From positions 200,226 to 264,225 of the forward strand of contig CAZEKH010000001.1 in NCBI GenBank assembly GCA_964512925.1: a stretch of 64,000 nucleotides of DNA. The letters are read 5' to 3'. Of the stretch, positions 30,186 through 39,020 are shown piece after piece. Within the stretch, counting starts at the first letter, position 1; every line of letters begins with the position of its first letter. The translations under genes were made by a program, and so were the position numbers. Under the pieces are notes generated by a model. That model was not told where the DNA came from and ran no database searches. It worked only from the letters and a program-made list of their open reading frames with translations. The stretch is from an uncultured Candidatus Saccharibacteria bacterium (GTDB lineage Bacteria > Patescibacteriota > Doudnabacteria > UBA920).

Positions 30186-30298
30186 TTTACGAATACCTTT
30201 TTACGAATACGAATCCGCTTACTGGCGGAGTACGAAATTACGAAGTCAAATCAACTGCTTTGAATTTTCGTATGTTCGTAAATTTCGTATTCGTAAAG
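30186..30298. repeat. dyad array of TACGAA(T) repeats (5 direct copies, central spacer, 4 inverted TTCGTA copies)
   Basis: begins at the HIT gene stop; between HIT and rpsU. Confidence 0.55.
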
Positions 30299-30376
30299 TT
30301 TACAGTTTGCCAAAATCCCATAACAATGTTAAAATGCATTCATAATTCTGATTGAAAGGAGAGTGAGTGTTTTTTT

Positions 30377-30616
30377 ATGGTCGAAGTTAAAAAGAAAGAT
30401 GGGGAATCTTTTGAATCCCTGCATCGCAGATTCAGCCGCAAGATCCAGCAAAGCGGCGTTTTGATCCGTGCCCGCAAAACCAGGTTTCATACCAGGGAAA
30501 AGTCCCGCAATTTGCAAAAAGTTGCTGCCCGAAGGCGCAGCAAAGTCCGGGAAGAAAAAGAAGAGCTGAAAAAACTCGGCAAATTTGTTCCAGTCCGCAA
30601 ATTTGGACGCAGATAA
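30377..30616 (+). CDS. rpsU: 30S ribosomal protein S21
   Basis: 79-aa basic protein, …HRRFSRK…SGVLIRARKTRFH… matches bS21. Confidence 0.75.
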   Translation: MVEVKKKDGESFESLHRRFSRKIQQSGVLIRARKTRFHTREKSRNLQKVAARRRSKVREEKEELKKLGKFVPVRKFGRR

Positions 30617-30704
30617 GATTAATTTCTAATCATTCTAATTGCTCTAATCATCTAAATTATTATTAGAATAATTAGGGCAATTAGGTTAATTAGATATTTG
30701 AATT

Positions 30705-31178
30705 ATGATTGATTTAAAACAAATTGAAGAAGATTTAAAACAGGCAATGAAAATCAAAGATGCGGTTGCTTTGGGGACTTTGCGCGGACTTAAAACCCGG
30801 GTGCAAAACGAACAGGTGGCTAAAATATCCCGCGGAGCGGGATCCGCCTCTGGCGGAAGGGAAACTTTAACTGAAGATGAAATTTTTGCTTTGGTAAAAT
30901 CCGAAATTAAAAAGCGCAAAGAAGCGGCGGAAAGTTTTAAGGCCGGCGGACGCTCAGACGCTTATGAAAAAGAACTGGCTGAGGTTAAAATTTTAGAAAA
31001 ATATATGCCAACCCAGCTGTCTGAAGAAGAAATCGGTAAAATGGCGGAAGAGATTGTTTCCGCAAATTCTTTTACAGCTCAAGATTTTGGGAAAGCGATG
31101 GGTATGCTGAAAGCCAAAGTCGGCAACACTGCCGACGGCGCATTGGTAGCAAAAATTCTCAAAGAAAGATTAAAATAG
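30705..31178 (+). CDS. GatB/YqeY domain protein
   Basis: length and sequence pattern of the YqeY family. Confidence 0.6.
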   Translation: MIDLKQIEEDLKQAMKIKDAVALGTLRGLKTRVQNEQVAKISRGAGSASGGRETLTEDEIFALVKSEIKKRKEAAESFKAGGRSDAYEKELAEVKILEKYMPTQLSEEEIGKMAEEIVSANSFTAQDFGKAMGMLKAKVGNTADGALVAKILKERLK

Positions 31179-31268
31179 TTTTAGTTCCTGGTTAAAATAA
31201 AAATTTTTTACAGAGCACTTATAGGGTCAGTATTTGGATATCAGTGTTATCTGTGTATTTGTGATCAA

Positions 31269-32519
31269 ATGGCAAAAGAACAATACATCGTAGGTCTGGA
31301 CATTGGCACGCAAAATATGCGCGCGGTTCAAGCTAAGATAGACCGGGAAACCGGTAAATTTTCAGTTGTCGGATTAAGCGAAACTCCGTCTTTGGGTATG
31401 CGCAAAGGCCAGCTGGTAGACATAGAAGAAGCGGTATCGTGCATTTCTCAGGTTTTAGAGAAATTGGAAAGGATGACCGGCGTGCCTGTTTCTTCGGCCT
31501 ATGTATCCATCGGCGGCAGTCATATTTTGTCTATGAACTCACACGGCGTGATCGCCGTTTCTCGTCCGGACGGCGAGATCGCGGAAGCGGACATTGTCCG
31601 TTGCGTGGACGCCAGCCAAGCCATAGCTTTGCCGCAAAACCGGGAAGTTTTGCACGTGTTTCCGAAAAATTTTGTTCTGGACGGACAGACCGGGATAAAA
31701 GACCCTTTGGGTATGTCCGGCATCAGGCTTGAGGTGGATACCATTATAGTCCACGCGGGTCTGCCTTTTGTGCGCAATTTAAACAAAGCTGTTTTGCAGG
31801 CTGGGCTTGAAAGCGAAGAGTTGGTGTTAGCTCCGCTGGCCGCTTCAGAAGCAGTGTTGTCTAAAAAACAAAAAGAGCTGGGCGTATGTGTTTTGGATTT
31901 GGGCGCTGGTACAACCGGCCTGACTGTGTTTGAAGAAGGGGATTTGCTACATACCGCTGTTTTGCCTTTGGGCTGCCAACATATAACCAATGACATTGCT
32001 ATTGGGCTTAGAACTTCTGTGGAAACCGCGGAAAAAGTTAAACTTTTATACGGCCACGCAGACCCCAAGGCCGCGGAAAAAGGCGAAGAGATAGATCTGT
32101 CCAAGATTGACGCGCACGAAGTGGAAAGCGCGGACCGGCAATATGTTTTAGAGATCATTGAAGCGCGCCTGGAAGAAATTTTTCATTTGGTGTCCGGGGA
32201 ACTAAAAAAAATCTCCCGCGACGGCAAGTTGCCGGCTGGGGTGGTTTTGTGCGGCGGGGGAGCGGAGCTGCCCGGGATACTGGATTACGCGAAAAAAACA
32301 CTTCGCCTGCCTGCGGTTTTAGGCTCTGCCCAAAACATAGAAACCGTGATAGATCGCGCTTATGATCCGGCGCTTGCCACCGCAGTCGGACTTTTACTCT
32401 GGCAAAAACAGTATGGCAGCGGCGGAAGCTTCGGCTCGTCCTTCGGCTCTGTCACCAAAGCCTTCTCCGGCCCGGGAGTGGAAAAAGTAAAAAATTGGTT
32501 TAAAGCATTATTACCGTAA
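31269..32519 (+). CDS. ftsA: cell division protein FtsA
   Basis: actin-like ATPase (VGLDIGTQNMR…), C-terminal amphipathic tail. Confidence 0.9.
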   Translation: MAKEQYIVGLDIGTQNMRAVQAKIDRETGKFSVVGLSETPSLGMRKGQLVDIEEAVSCISQVLEKLERMTGVPVSSAYVSIGGSHILSMNSHGVIAVSRPDGEIAEADIVRCVDASQAIALPQNREVLHVFPKNFVLDGQTGIKDPLGMSGIRLEVDTIIVHAGLPFVRNLNKAVLQAGLESEELVLAPLAASEAVLSKKQKELGVCVLDLGAGTTGLTVFEEGDLLHTAVLPLGCQHITNDIAIGLRTSVETAEKVKLLYGHADPKAAEKGEEIDLSKIDAHEVESADRQYVLEIIEARLEEIFHLVSGELKKISRDGKLPAGVVLCGGGAELPGILDYAKKTLRLPAVLGSAQNIETVIDRAYDPALATAVGLLLWQKQYGSGGSFGSSFGSVTKAFSGPGVEKVKNWFKALLP

Positions 32520-32526
32520 AAAATAT

Positions 32527-33435
32527 ATGGGAAAATTTTCATCAGCAATGGGTCATGCGGGCGAAGGCGTAAGCCGTGAAAAATATACAAGTCAAGAAAT
32601 AAGGCCAGATCAATTAGAAAAAATAAAAAATATCCCAACAGAGAAAGTTGCGATTGAAAGAGAGCCGCACGAGTCTTTTGAATTTGATTCAGATTTGATA
32701 ATTTATGATGCCCCTAACAAAAATCAGGATTTTTATGTTGAACAGCCGGAATTTGGTATGTATGGTGTTTTTGACGGACGTTTTGACGAGGGTAAAAATT
32801 ATTCAAAAAGTTTAGCTAAAATTGCTGGTAGGTTGGCAAAAAATATTAAGCCTGATATGGTTTTGGTTTTGTGGGAAAAAGCTGTAGAAAATTTTTTTAT
32901 AGAATTTGAAAAAGAAGCCAGTATAAGTGTTCCCATAAAAAAAGTAGGCATTTTCAAGAAAAAAATTCAACCGTTGGGAGATTCTACATCAACAATTCTA
33001 TTTTTTCACTCATCCGGTGAAGTGAGGGGTAAAAATCGCGGGGATTCGCCAGTTTATTTTTATGATATTAAAACTGGGTTATTAAAACAACAAACAGTTC
33101 CAACTTCTAAAATCGGAAAAGACGAAAAAGGTAGTACAATTTCTTATCCAGGGGGCTATTCCGGTGAAAATCAACAGCCATCCAATAATATCAAAACGAG
33201 GATTGGTTCCAATTCTTTAGTTTTACTTTCAACAGATGGCTGGATACAAACTAGCTATCAGAAAGGTTTGCGTCCAGAAGTTGATATACCTAAAGCTTTT
33301 AAAGCTTTAGGTGAAAATTTAACGCCAAAAAATGCCACTGAGGCGATACAAAAACTTTTAGAAAATCCAGAAGATGATGTAACTTTGTTTGCTATATTGC
33401 CCAGAAAAAAACAAAGTTCAGCCGCAGCAGGCTAG
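32527..33435 (+). CDS. PP2C/PPM-like Ser/Thr phosphatase domain protein (degenerate catalytic motifs)
   Basis: YGVFDGRFDEG (cf. FGVFDGHGG), …GDSPVYF…, LLSTDGW (cf. ASDGLWD), DDVTLFAIL; starts 7 nt after the ftsA stop. Confidence 0.45.
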   Translation: MGKFSSAMGHAGEGVSREKYTSQEIRPDQLEKIKNIPTEKVAIEREPHESFEFDSDLIIYDAPNKNQDFYVEQPEFGMYGVFDGRFDEGKNYSKSLAKIAGRLAKNIKPDMVLVLWEKAVENFFIEFEKEASISVPIKKVGIFKKKIQPLGDSTSTILFFHSSGEVRGKNRGDSPVYFYDIKTGLLKQQTVPTSKIGKDEKGSTISYPGGYSGENQQPSNNIKTRIGSNSLVLLSTDGWIQTSYQKGLRPEVDIPKAFKALGENLTPKNATEAIQKLLENPEDDVTLFAILPRKKQSSAAAG

Positions 33436-33461
33436 TATATTTATATTTAAAATCACATAAC

Positions 33462-33509
33462 AAAGACGCTTTTTGGCCTTCAAGAGGGCTTGACAAAAGC
33501 GTCTTTTTT
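33462..33509 (+). terminator. rho-independent terminator (AAAGACGCTTTTT…AAAAGCGTCTTT + T-run) overlapping a TTGACA-17-TATATT promoter (33490..33518)
   Basis: 12-bp inverted repeat plus T-run; -35/-10 hexamers embedded. Confidence 0.55.
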
Positions 33510-33650
33510 ATGTATATTATACAGTTACTTGATGGTATGATACTTGAATCAATTTCTCAGGTTTGTGTCATTCTGGAAACTCCTTAAGTTATAGGATTTA
33601 TACGGAATTTTAACTACTTGACTTGTTAATTTGAGAATTTGTAGATTATT

Positions 33651-33700
33651 TTGTCATCCCGGCCGATCCGCCAGCAGGCGGAGAGAGCCGGGATCCAGGG
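33651..33700. repeat. Family-B element TTGTCATCCCGG…CCGCCAGCAGGCGG…CCGGGATCC
   Basis: intergenic, upstream of the high-GC block. Confidence 0.6.
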
Positions 33701-33770
33701 TTCTAAAGCACCTGCAAAATTAAATCCACACAAACATTTTAGCCTGGTTTTTTCAGATATTCATCTTAGT

Positions 33771-33806
33771 CTCCCTCTCCAATACTTGGAGAGGGACGGG
33801 GAGAGG
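33771..33806. repeat. Family-A element
   Basis: intergenic, upstream of high-GC gene 33917. Confidence 0.7.
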
Positions 33807-33916
33807 TTAAGAATATCTCCAAACATCAGGCTGAAATCCAGCTTGAACCCCGCGTAAGCGAGGGAAGAAGTTGTGTTTCGGTCTAGCTCTTTCGATTTTT
33901 TGCCTGAGGAGGCACT

Positions 33917-35002
33917 ATGAAATTGCGTTTTTCTTGCGCCCTCGCGGCGCTTTTGCTGTTCGTTTTTGCTTCGGCTGCCCACGCGGCTGAAGATGTTGAA
34001 ATTTCGTTGGTTGGACAGCCGGGGGTGATGGACGCCCTTCAGGCGTCCGACCTAGAGCTCAACGAGCAGATTGGCGGGATTGAAAACCCTGCCAATCTTA
34101 TCAGCCAGCTTCATCTGGCTGATGGTTCTCGGGTTACGCCCGAGAATGCTCACACGCTTTCGGTCAAGTCAGTTTTTTTGAGCAGAAATGCTCAGGAAGA
34201 CGGCCCTGGCGCCGCTCGGTTCCTTGCCGAGTGCAACCGCCTCGCTACCACCCGGCAGCAGGCTATTGCCTCCGCCCGCCGTTCAGCCAACCGCATCGAT
34301 GCGGTTCAGTCCGAAGCGGACGACCGCCAGCTGCTCACGCAGATGGCGGAAATGCAGTCCGAAATCAACGCGCTCAACGAGCGCGTTGAAACTCTCGTCG
34401 AAGAAAAAACCGCCGCCGTTCAGCGTGCGGAAACCGCGGAGCAAAAACTAGCCGCCCTCCAAGCGGCTGGAACCCCGAAACCTTCATCGGCCGCCCCTCC
34501 GGCGACCGACACCCAGAAACAGTTCGAACCAGCTGGCACGAGCCAGAAGAAAGGTGTTTTGGCGGTTCGCCAGGTTGTGCCTCCGTGCCGACCCGGTGTC
34601 AACACTCGGCCGTGCAGTATGGCTGAGGTTGAAAAAACCATTTTAGAGCAGGAACTGGGGGGCATTATACCCCAAATCACAACGCTCTTAATAGTTTTGT
34701 TGATATTTTTCTCGGCCGCGATTGTTGCGGGTACGAGTGGTGCGTTCCAAGCGTGGGCTGATGTCTACGCCACGGTTAAAAAAGCTGGGAAACCCCAGCA
34801 ACCCATCGCGGCCTCAAATATCTATGCTGTTTTACAGCAGCAAGCCAATTTGGGAAATCCACCCAACCTAGAATCTTTAAAAAACCGGCGTCCCACATGG
34901 GAACGTAGAGAAAAAGATAGAAGGGATGGTGGCGACCGCAGGTCGCCAGAATCGGGTCAAGTCATTGAAATTTCGACCGACGCGAGTCGGGCAACAGGCT
35001 GA
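33917..35002 (+). CDS. secreted coiled-coil protein with C-terminal TM helix and Arg-rich tail (high-GC gene)
   Basis: signal peptide MKLRFSCALAALLLFVFASAAHA; Ala/Glu/Gln-rich coiled coil; GC and GC3 clearly above the genome background. Confidence 0.5.
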   Translation: MKLRFSCALAALLLFVFASAAHAAEDVEISLVGQPGVMDALQASDLELNEQIGGIENPANLISQLHLADGSRVTPENAHTLSVKSVFLSRNAQEDGPGAARFLAECNRLATTRQQAIASARRSANRIDAVQSEADDRQLLTQMAEMQSEINALNERVETLVEEKTAAVQRAETAEQKLAALQAAGTPKPSSAAPPATDTQKQFEPAGTSQKKGVLAVRQVVPPCRPGVNTRPCSMAEVEKTILEQELGGIIPQITTLLIVLLIFFSAAIVAGTSGAFQAWADVYATVKKAGKPQQPIAASNIYAVLQQQANLGNPPNLESLKNRRPTWERREKDRRDGGDRRSPESGQVIEISTDASRATG

Positions 35003-35249
35003 AAACGCAAAAAAAGTGAAAAAGGTCTCACCGCGGTTGCGGTGAGGTAAAGATCTCCATCGGCGCTATACGCGCCGCAAGTCAGGTAAACCCTGATGAT
35101 GAGATCCCTAAAATTCACAAAACACCAGCCGCTCCGATGTCCATCGGAGCGGCTTTTACATTGCAATATTTTATATGTTTTTACCTGACAATCTTATATA
35201 AATAAAATCTAAAAATTATTAACAACCCAAACCTCCAAAACCTCAAAAA

Positions 35250-35280
35250 AAACTGAAAAAACTGAAAAAACTGAAAAAAA
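35250..35280. repeat. tandem (AACTGAAAA)x3
   Basis: immediately 5' of the Family-E palindrome. Confidence 0.6.
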
Positions 35281-35336
35281 TTTTGCTGTCAACTATGACA
35301 CATATGTGTTACGATTGACAGCAAAATTTTTTTCAG
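35270..35336. repeat. Family-E AT-rich long palindrome (…AAATTTTGCTGTCAACTATGACACATATGTGTTACGATTGACAGCAAAATTT…)
   Basis: 35 nt upstream of the PaaX-like gene; inverted copy at 36031..36078 and a third copy at 61966..62016. Confidence 0.7.
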
Positions 35337-35365
35337 GTATTTTGGATTAAATAACAAAAATATAT

Positions 35366-36025
35366 ATGGGTTACCATAAAAATTCATTTGTTTCTGAGAT
35401 TAACAATGCTACCGCTACTAACAAACCTGTTTTTGAGTTAAGCGATCAGCAAGTGGAGCAGTTTAAAACCGCATCAGCCTATGTTTTAGGAGTGGTGGGG
35501 GTTTTGGGTGTGGTGGCAGTAGCCGCAGTAGCTCCCAATTTGGTTGGCGCTATTTACAAAATTCATAAAACTTTCAAAAAGAAAAAGCCGCTTTTTCAAC
35601 AAAGGCAAAAGGCCGTGGCTGAAACATTCTTTTATCTGAAAAGGCATGGGTTTATAGATATTTCCAAAACTGAGAAGGGCTTTTTTGCAAACATAACTGA
35701 AAAAGGGAAAAAGCGTTTACTAAAATTGACTATGGACAATGTTTTTGTGCCGAAGCGCCAAAAATGGGATGGTAAATGGTGGCTGGTTGCAGCTGACGTG
35801 CCAACAAAGAAATATAGGGCCGGAGCGGATTCTTTGCGCAGAAAGATTAAACAAATGGGTTTATTTCCGCTTCAGAGGACAATGTGGTTTTATCCTTTTG
35901 ACCCTTCAGCACAAATAGAGTACATTGCCAATCATTTTGGCATTGGGAATTTTGTGACTGTGATGGAGGTTTCGCGTCTCGATAAAGAAGATGAAAAAAA
36001 ACTAAAGGATTTCTTTAAAATTTAA
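35366..36025 (+). CDS. membrane-anchored PaaX-like (PaaX_C-type) putative transcriptional regulator
   Basis: TM segment; C-terminal WDGKWWLVAADVP…LRRKIKQMGLFPLQRTMWFYPF resembles the PaaX C-terminal domain; gene bracketed by inverted palindromic repeats. Confidence 0.4.
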   Translation: MGYHKNSFVSEINNATATNKPVFELSDQQVEQFKTASAYVLGVVGVLGVVAVAAVAPNLVGAIYKIHKTFKKKKPLFQQRQKAVAETFFYLKRHGFIDISKTEKGFFANITEKGKKRLLKLTMDNVFVPKRQKWDGKWWLVAADVPTKKYRAGADSLRRKIKQMGLFPLQRTMWFYPFDPSAQIEYIANHFGIGNFVTVMEVSRLDKEDEKKLKDFFKI

Positions 36026-36030
36026 TACTT

Positions 36031-36078
36031 GAATTGCTGTCAATCATAACACATATGTGTCATAGTTGACAGCAATTC
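36031..36078. repeat. Family-E palindrome, inverted relative to the 35281 copy
   Basis: begins 6 nt after the PaaX-like gene stop. Confidence 0.7.
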
Positions 36079-36373
36079 AGTGTTGTTTAGTAGCATTGGC
36101 AGAATTAGCATTGGCAGTGTTGTGGAGTTTTTAGGTGTATTTTGATTTTTGAAGTTATAAATTCATTCAAATGGCAACAATTTTGCTATCTAGTTCAGCT
36201 ATAAAAAAACCTCATAAATAAAGCAGAAAAACTGGTTAATTTGGTTTTAACAAACTCTTGACAAGTGGGGGTTTTTTTGTTATAATGTTAAGTCATTATT
36301 ATCAGTGGCTTTTGGGATGGTGTTTTTAAAACATTTATCCCTAAAATCCGGTAGTAATGAAGCACATTTACAA

Positions 36374-36512
36374 ACGCGGATTTTCGCAGACTGTAGCAAT
36401 ACAGCGCGGATTTTACGCGGAAATAGCGTTACTTATATATACGCGGACTTTGTAGACTGAACGCGGACTGACGCGGATCTTGGAAACAAGGCGCGGATTT
36501 CATGCGGATTCG
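36374..36512. repeat. array of ~8 degenerate direct repeats of (A/G)CGCGGA(T/C)TT
   Basis: ACGCGGATTTT, GCGCGGATTTTA, CGCGGAAAT, ACGCGGACTTT, ACGCGGACTGA, CGCGGATCTT, GCGCGGATTTCA, TGCGGATTCGG within 140 bp. Confidence 0.6.
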
Positions 36513-36589
36513 GTACACAAGAAAAATCTTCATAAACATTGTTCGTGTCCTTTGCGGTAAATGTCTTATTGCTTTTAACAGAGGTTCGA

Positions 36590-36644
36590 CCTCTCCCGCC
36601 CCGATGTCCATCGGGGCACCCTCCCCAGGCCTGGGGAGGGTAAG
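36590..36644. repeat. Family-A variant with inner CCCCGATGTCCATCGGGG hairpin
   Basis: intergenic; CCGATGTCCATCGG core recurs at 35131..35150. Confidence 0.6.
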
Positions 36645-36793
36645 AAGAATAGGACTATTGCTGCAAAGGACACAAATCCTTTGGTGAATTTGAGTTTGGT
36701 TTTTTTAAGTTTTTCTGCCCGTCACTTCTGCCGCTTGGCAAAAAGGACGAGGCATAACAAGAAATTGATCGAAATCTGTCTTAGGAGACTACA

Positions 36794-37426
36794 ATGTTTG
36801 GAAAAAAGAGTTCGTTCATTCTTGCCGCGGCTTTCGCGGCTTCCACGATGATCGCGCCCGTTATGGCGCAAAACCAGTTTTTGCCCACGACGGTAAACCC
36901 ACCGGCAACGGTGACCCCGGCCGCAGGTGGGCAGGTGATTTTCCTGCCTCTTGCACCACAGGCGCAACCCGCGCCACCGCCCGCAGCTTCGATTGCGACC
37001 TGTCCGGCTCCGCCGGCGGGTATGCAGATCACTTGCACCCCGGTGCAAGGCACTCAACAAGCTTGCTGCAATACGCAAACTTCTACGGCTTCGGTTGTGT
37101 GGTGGTCCACAATGTGGACGCCGTTAATCATTTTGACCTTACTAGGCATCTTGGGCTATTGGCTAACCCACCGCCGCGCAGCCGCTCCGGTCAACCAGAT
37201 GGTAGGCCAAGCAAACGTGGTCTGGCAGCCGCCTACTGTCACGGTTTCGGCCGTGCCATTTGTGGTTGGCGGACCTCAACCAGTTTTTCCAGGAGCTCCG
37301 GCTCCTGTCCGCCCGGTTGGCGCGCCTCGTCCGGCTCCTGCGGCAGGTAACTGTCGGCATTGCGGACAACCGCATCCTGCAGCAAGCATTTTCTGCCCCA
37401 CCTGTGGTGGGCAACTCATGCCGTAG
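36794..37426 (+). CDS. secreted/membrane proline-rich protein with C-terminal CxxC…CxxC zinc ribbon (high-GC gene)
   Basis: signal peptide, Pro/Ala-rich regions, central TM helix, C-terminal CRHCG…CPTCGG; preferred over overlapping minus-strand ORFs because of the signal peptide and SD. Confidence 0.45.
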   Translation: MFGKKSSFILAAAFAASTMIAPVMAQNQFLPTTVNPPATVTPAAGGQVIFLPLAPQAQPAPPPAASIATCPAPPAGMQITCTPVQGTQQACCNTQTSTASVVWWSTMWTPLIILTLLGILGYWLTHRRAAAPVNQMVGQANVVWQPPTVTVSAVPFVVGGPQPVFPGAPAPVRPVGAPRPAPAAGNCRHCGQPHPAASIFCPTCGGQLMP

Positions 37427-37452
37427 GCGGTAGTTTGAAAAAGGAAAAAATC

Positions 37453-38016
37453 ATGAAAGTTATATTCGTTCTCCTTTTTTCTCTGGGCGTCATGAACGCC
37501 CAGAGCGTGATAACTGCCGTGCCTTGCACGGTCGGCGGGCAAACCGGTTGGTGCGCAATTTTGCCGCCGGTACAATCCCTGGCCGCACAGCCCGCGCCAC
37601 CGCCTGCTCCGAGACCGCAGCCAACCAGAGTATTCGATCCAAAAGATCGGGCACTTCTGGAGAAAATCGTCGCCCTTGCCGAACGGCAAGGATCGGTTGT
37701 CACGGTTCAGCCCCACCAGGCCGCACAGACCGTCGCTACTCCATCCGTCTCCCAGCCACAACAACCGGTCGTTCAGTCGATCGTGTCCCAGAAGACAATG
37801 GACACTATCGACCGTCGGCTGACTGCCTTGGAAACAGGGCAGAATACCCATGCCGAGAGGATTAACCAGATCGGCGACCGAGTGGTCGCCGTAGAGGGTC
37901 GTGCCAACGAGGCTCTGTCCGCCGCCCAAGCGACGGCGAATGCAGAGCAGCAGCTCCGCAACGCCGTACGCCAGTACGGCACAAAGGACCTGAAAAAGGT
38001 TCTGAACAAGAAGTAA
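37453..38016 (+). CDS. secreted proline-rich coiled-coil protein (high-GC gene)
   Basis: ATG 37453 preceded by AAAGGAAAAAA; signal peptide MKVIFVLLFSLGVMNA; APPPAPRPQP then coiled coil. Confidence 0.45.
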   Translation: MKVIFVLLFSLGVMNAQSVITAVPCTVGGQTGWCAILPPVQSLAAQPAPPPAPRPQPTRVFDPKDRALLEKIVALAERQGSVVTVQPHQAAQTVATPSVSQPQQPVVQSIVSQKTMDTIDRRLTALETGQNTHAERINQIGDRVVAVEGRANEALSAAQATANAEQQLRNAVRQYGTKDLKKVLNKK

Positions 38017-38103
38017 CGCTATTTATCTAACACTTCAATCTTGATTTTTTCCCTTGCTTACATCAGTTAAGCGAGGCAATCAGAAGTGTTAGGTACGAAA
38101 AAC

Positions 38104-38141
38104 GAGGGGGAGAGCAGATGCAATGTCTGTCTCTCCCCCTC
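38104..38141. repeat. Family-A variant GAGGGGGAGAG-N16-CTCTCCCCCTC (11-bp arms)
   Basis: first element of the 38.1-39.05 kb repeat hotspot. Confidence 0.65.
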
Positions 38142-38163
38142 AATTCCTTTATTTCAAGTACAA

Positions 38164-38197
38164 CCTCTCTGTCCCGATCTGATCGGGACATCTCTCC
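38164..38197. repeat. Family-D hairpin CTCTCTGTCCCGAT-CTG-ATCGGGACATCTCTCC
   Basis: copies also at 38839..38870 and, inverted, 51201..51232. Confidence 0.6.
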
Positions 38198-38266
38198 TCC
38201 GCCAGCTGGCGGATTGGGGAGAAAAATATTGAATACTGCTTTGGGATTTATGATTTAGAGTTGCAA

Positions 38267-38303
38267 CCTCTCCCCAACCCTCCCCTCAGTAGGGGAGGGA
38301 GTA
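38267..38303. repeat. Family-A element
   Basis: repeat hotspot. Confidence 0.65.
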
Positions 38304-38696
38304 AGGATGTTGAACTCTGAAATGTGGGTCTTGATATTAGAAAGGAATAGGGATACCAACTTTGTCTGCTACTAGTTTCGCCCATTCTTCCAGCCTTTGA
38401 ATTTTTTTGTGGTTGACTGTTAGTTCTTCGTGAATGGTTTTGGTAAGATGGGATAAATTTGTAAGAGCGGTAGAATGAACATTTAAAGTTTCTTTAATTT
38501 CTTTAAATTGAGCATCTACTTCGGCAAATTTTTCATCCAAATATGTAAAAATTGATTGTAAATTTATATCCATAAAGTTACTGAATGAATTGTTGTAAAA
38601 GTATTATAACAATTAACAAAATGAGTGGCAAATTATGTGGATTTAATGAGGGTTTGGGTGAGAGTATGGAAATTGGTGCATTAACCAAGTCTGTAA

Positions 38697-38732
38697 CCTC
38701 ACCCCAGCCCTCTCCGAACCGGAGAGGGAGGG
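38697..38732. repeat. Family-A element CCTCACCCCAGCCCTCTCC-GAACC-GGAGAGGGAGGG
   Basis: repeat hotspot; near-identical to 44892 copy. Confidence 0.7.
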
Positions 38733-38740
38733 AAATGCAA

Positions 38741-38765
38741 GATTCCCGTATGCACGGGAATGACA
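38741..38765. repeat. Family-B subtype GATTCCCGT-ATGC-ACGGGAATGACA
   Basis: near-identical to 60943 copy. Confidence 0.6.
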
Positions 38766-38838
38766 GAGACAAGTAAGGAATGACAAATAAAGTTAGGAGG
38801 ATGTTCTTTAAAAATTTAGCGTTTGTTTTTTGGTAGCA

Positions 38839-38870
38839 CCCTCTCTGTCCCGATCTGATCGGGACATCTC
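38839..38870. repeat. Family-D hairpin
   Basis: identical core to the 38164 copy. Confidence 0.6.
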
Positions 38871-38888
38871 CCCCCAAAGGGGGAGAGA
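38867..38888. repeat. Family-A short form TCTCCCCCC-AAA-GGGGGAGAGA
   Basis: repeat hotspot. Confidence 0.55.
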
Positions 38889-38930
38889 AAAAGGAAGGTC
38901 TATCCGGACGCGTAGGAAAGATTTGTATTT

Positions 38931-38967
38931 TTCCCCCTCTCTTAAGATAAGAGAGGGTTGGGGTGAG
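38931..38967. repeat. Family-A element
   Basis: repeat hotspot. Confidence 0.6.
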
Positions 38968-38983
38968 TTATGAAACTTCATAA

Positions 38984-39020
38984 CCCCCTCCATCTCCCCC
39001 TTACCTTAAGGGGGAGGGTG
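38984..39020. repeat. Family-A-like element
   Basis: repeat hotspot. Confidence 0.55.

Noticed and set aside
31439-32158. ORFs overlapping ftsA (31439..31732 +, 31520..32158 -, 31539..31754 -)
   Set aside because: Alternative frames of a clearly conserved ftsA gene.
36722-37929. Several long minus-strand ORFs (36722..37078, 36781..37053, 37163..37414, 37276..37929, 37416..37703) overlapping the high-GC genes
   Set aside because: High GC suppresses stop codons on all frames. The plus-strand ORFs have signal peptides and SD sequences and make coherent proteins, whereas the minus-strand translations are Arg/Gly/Cys-rich nonsense.
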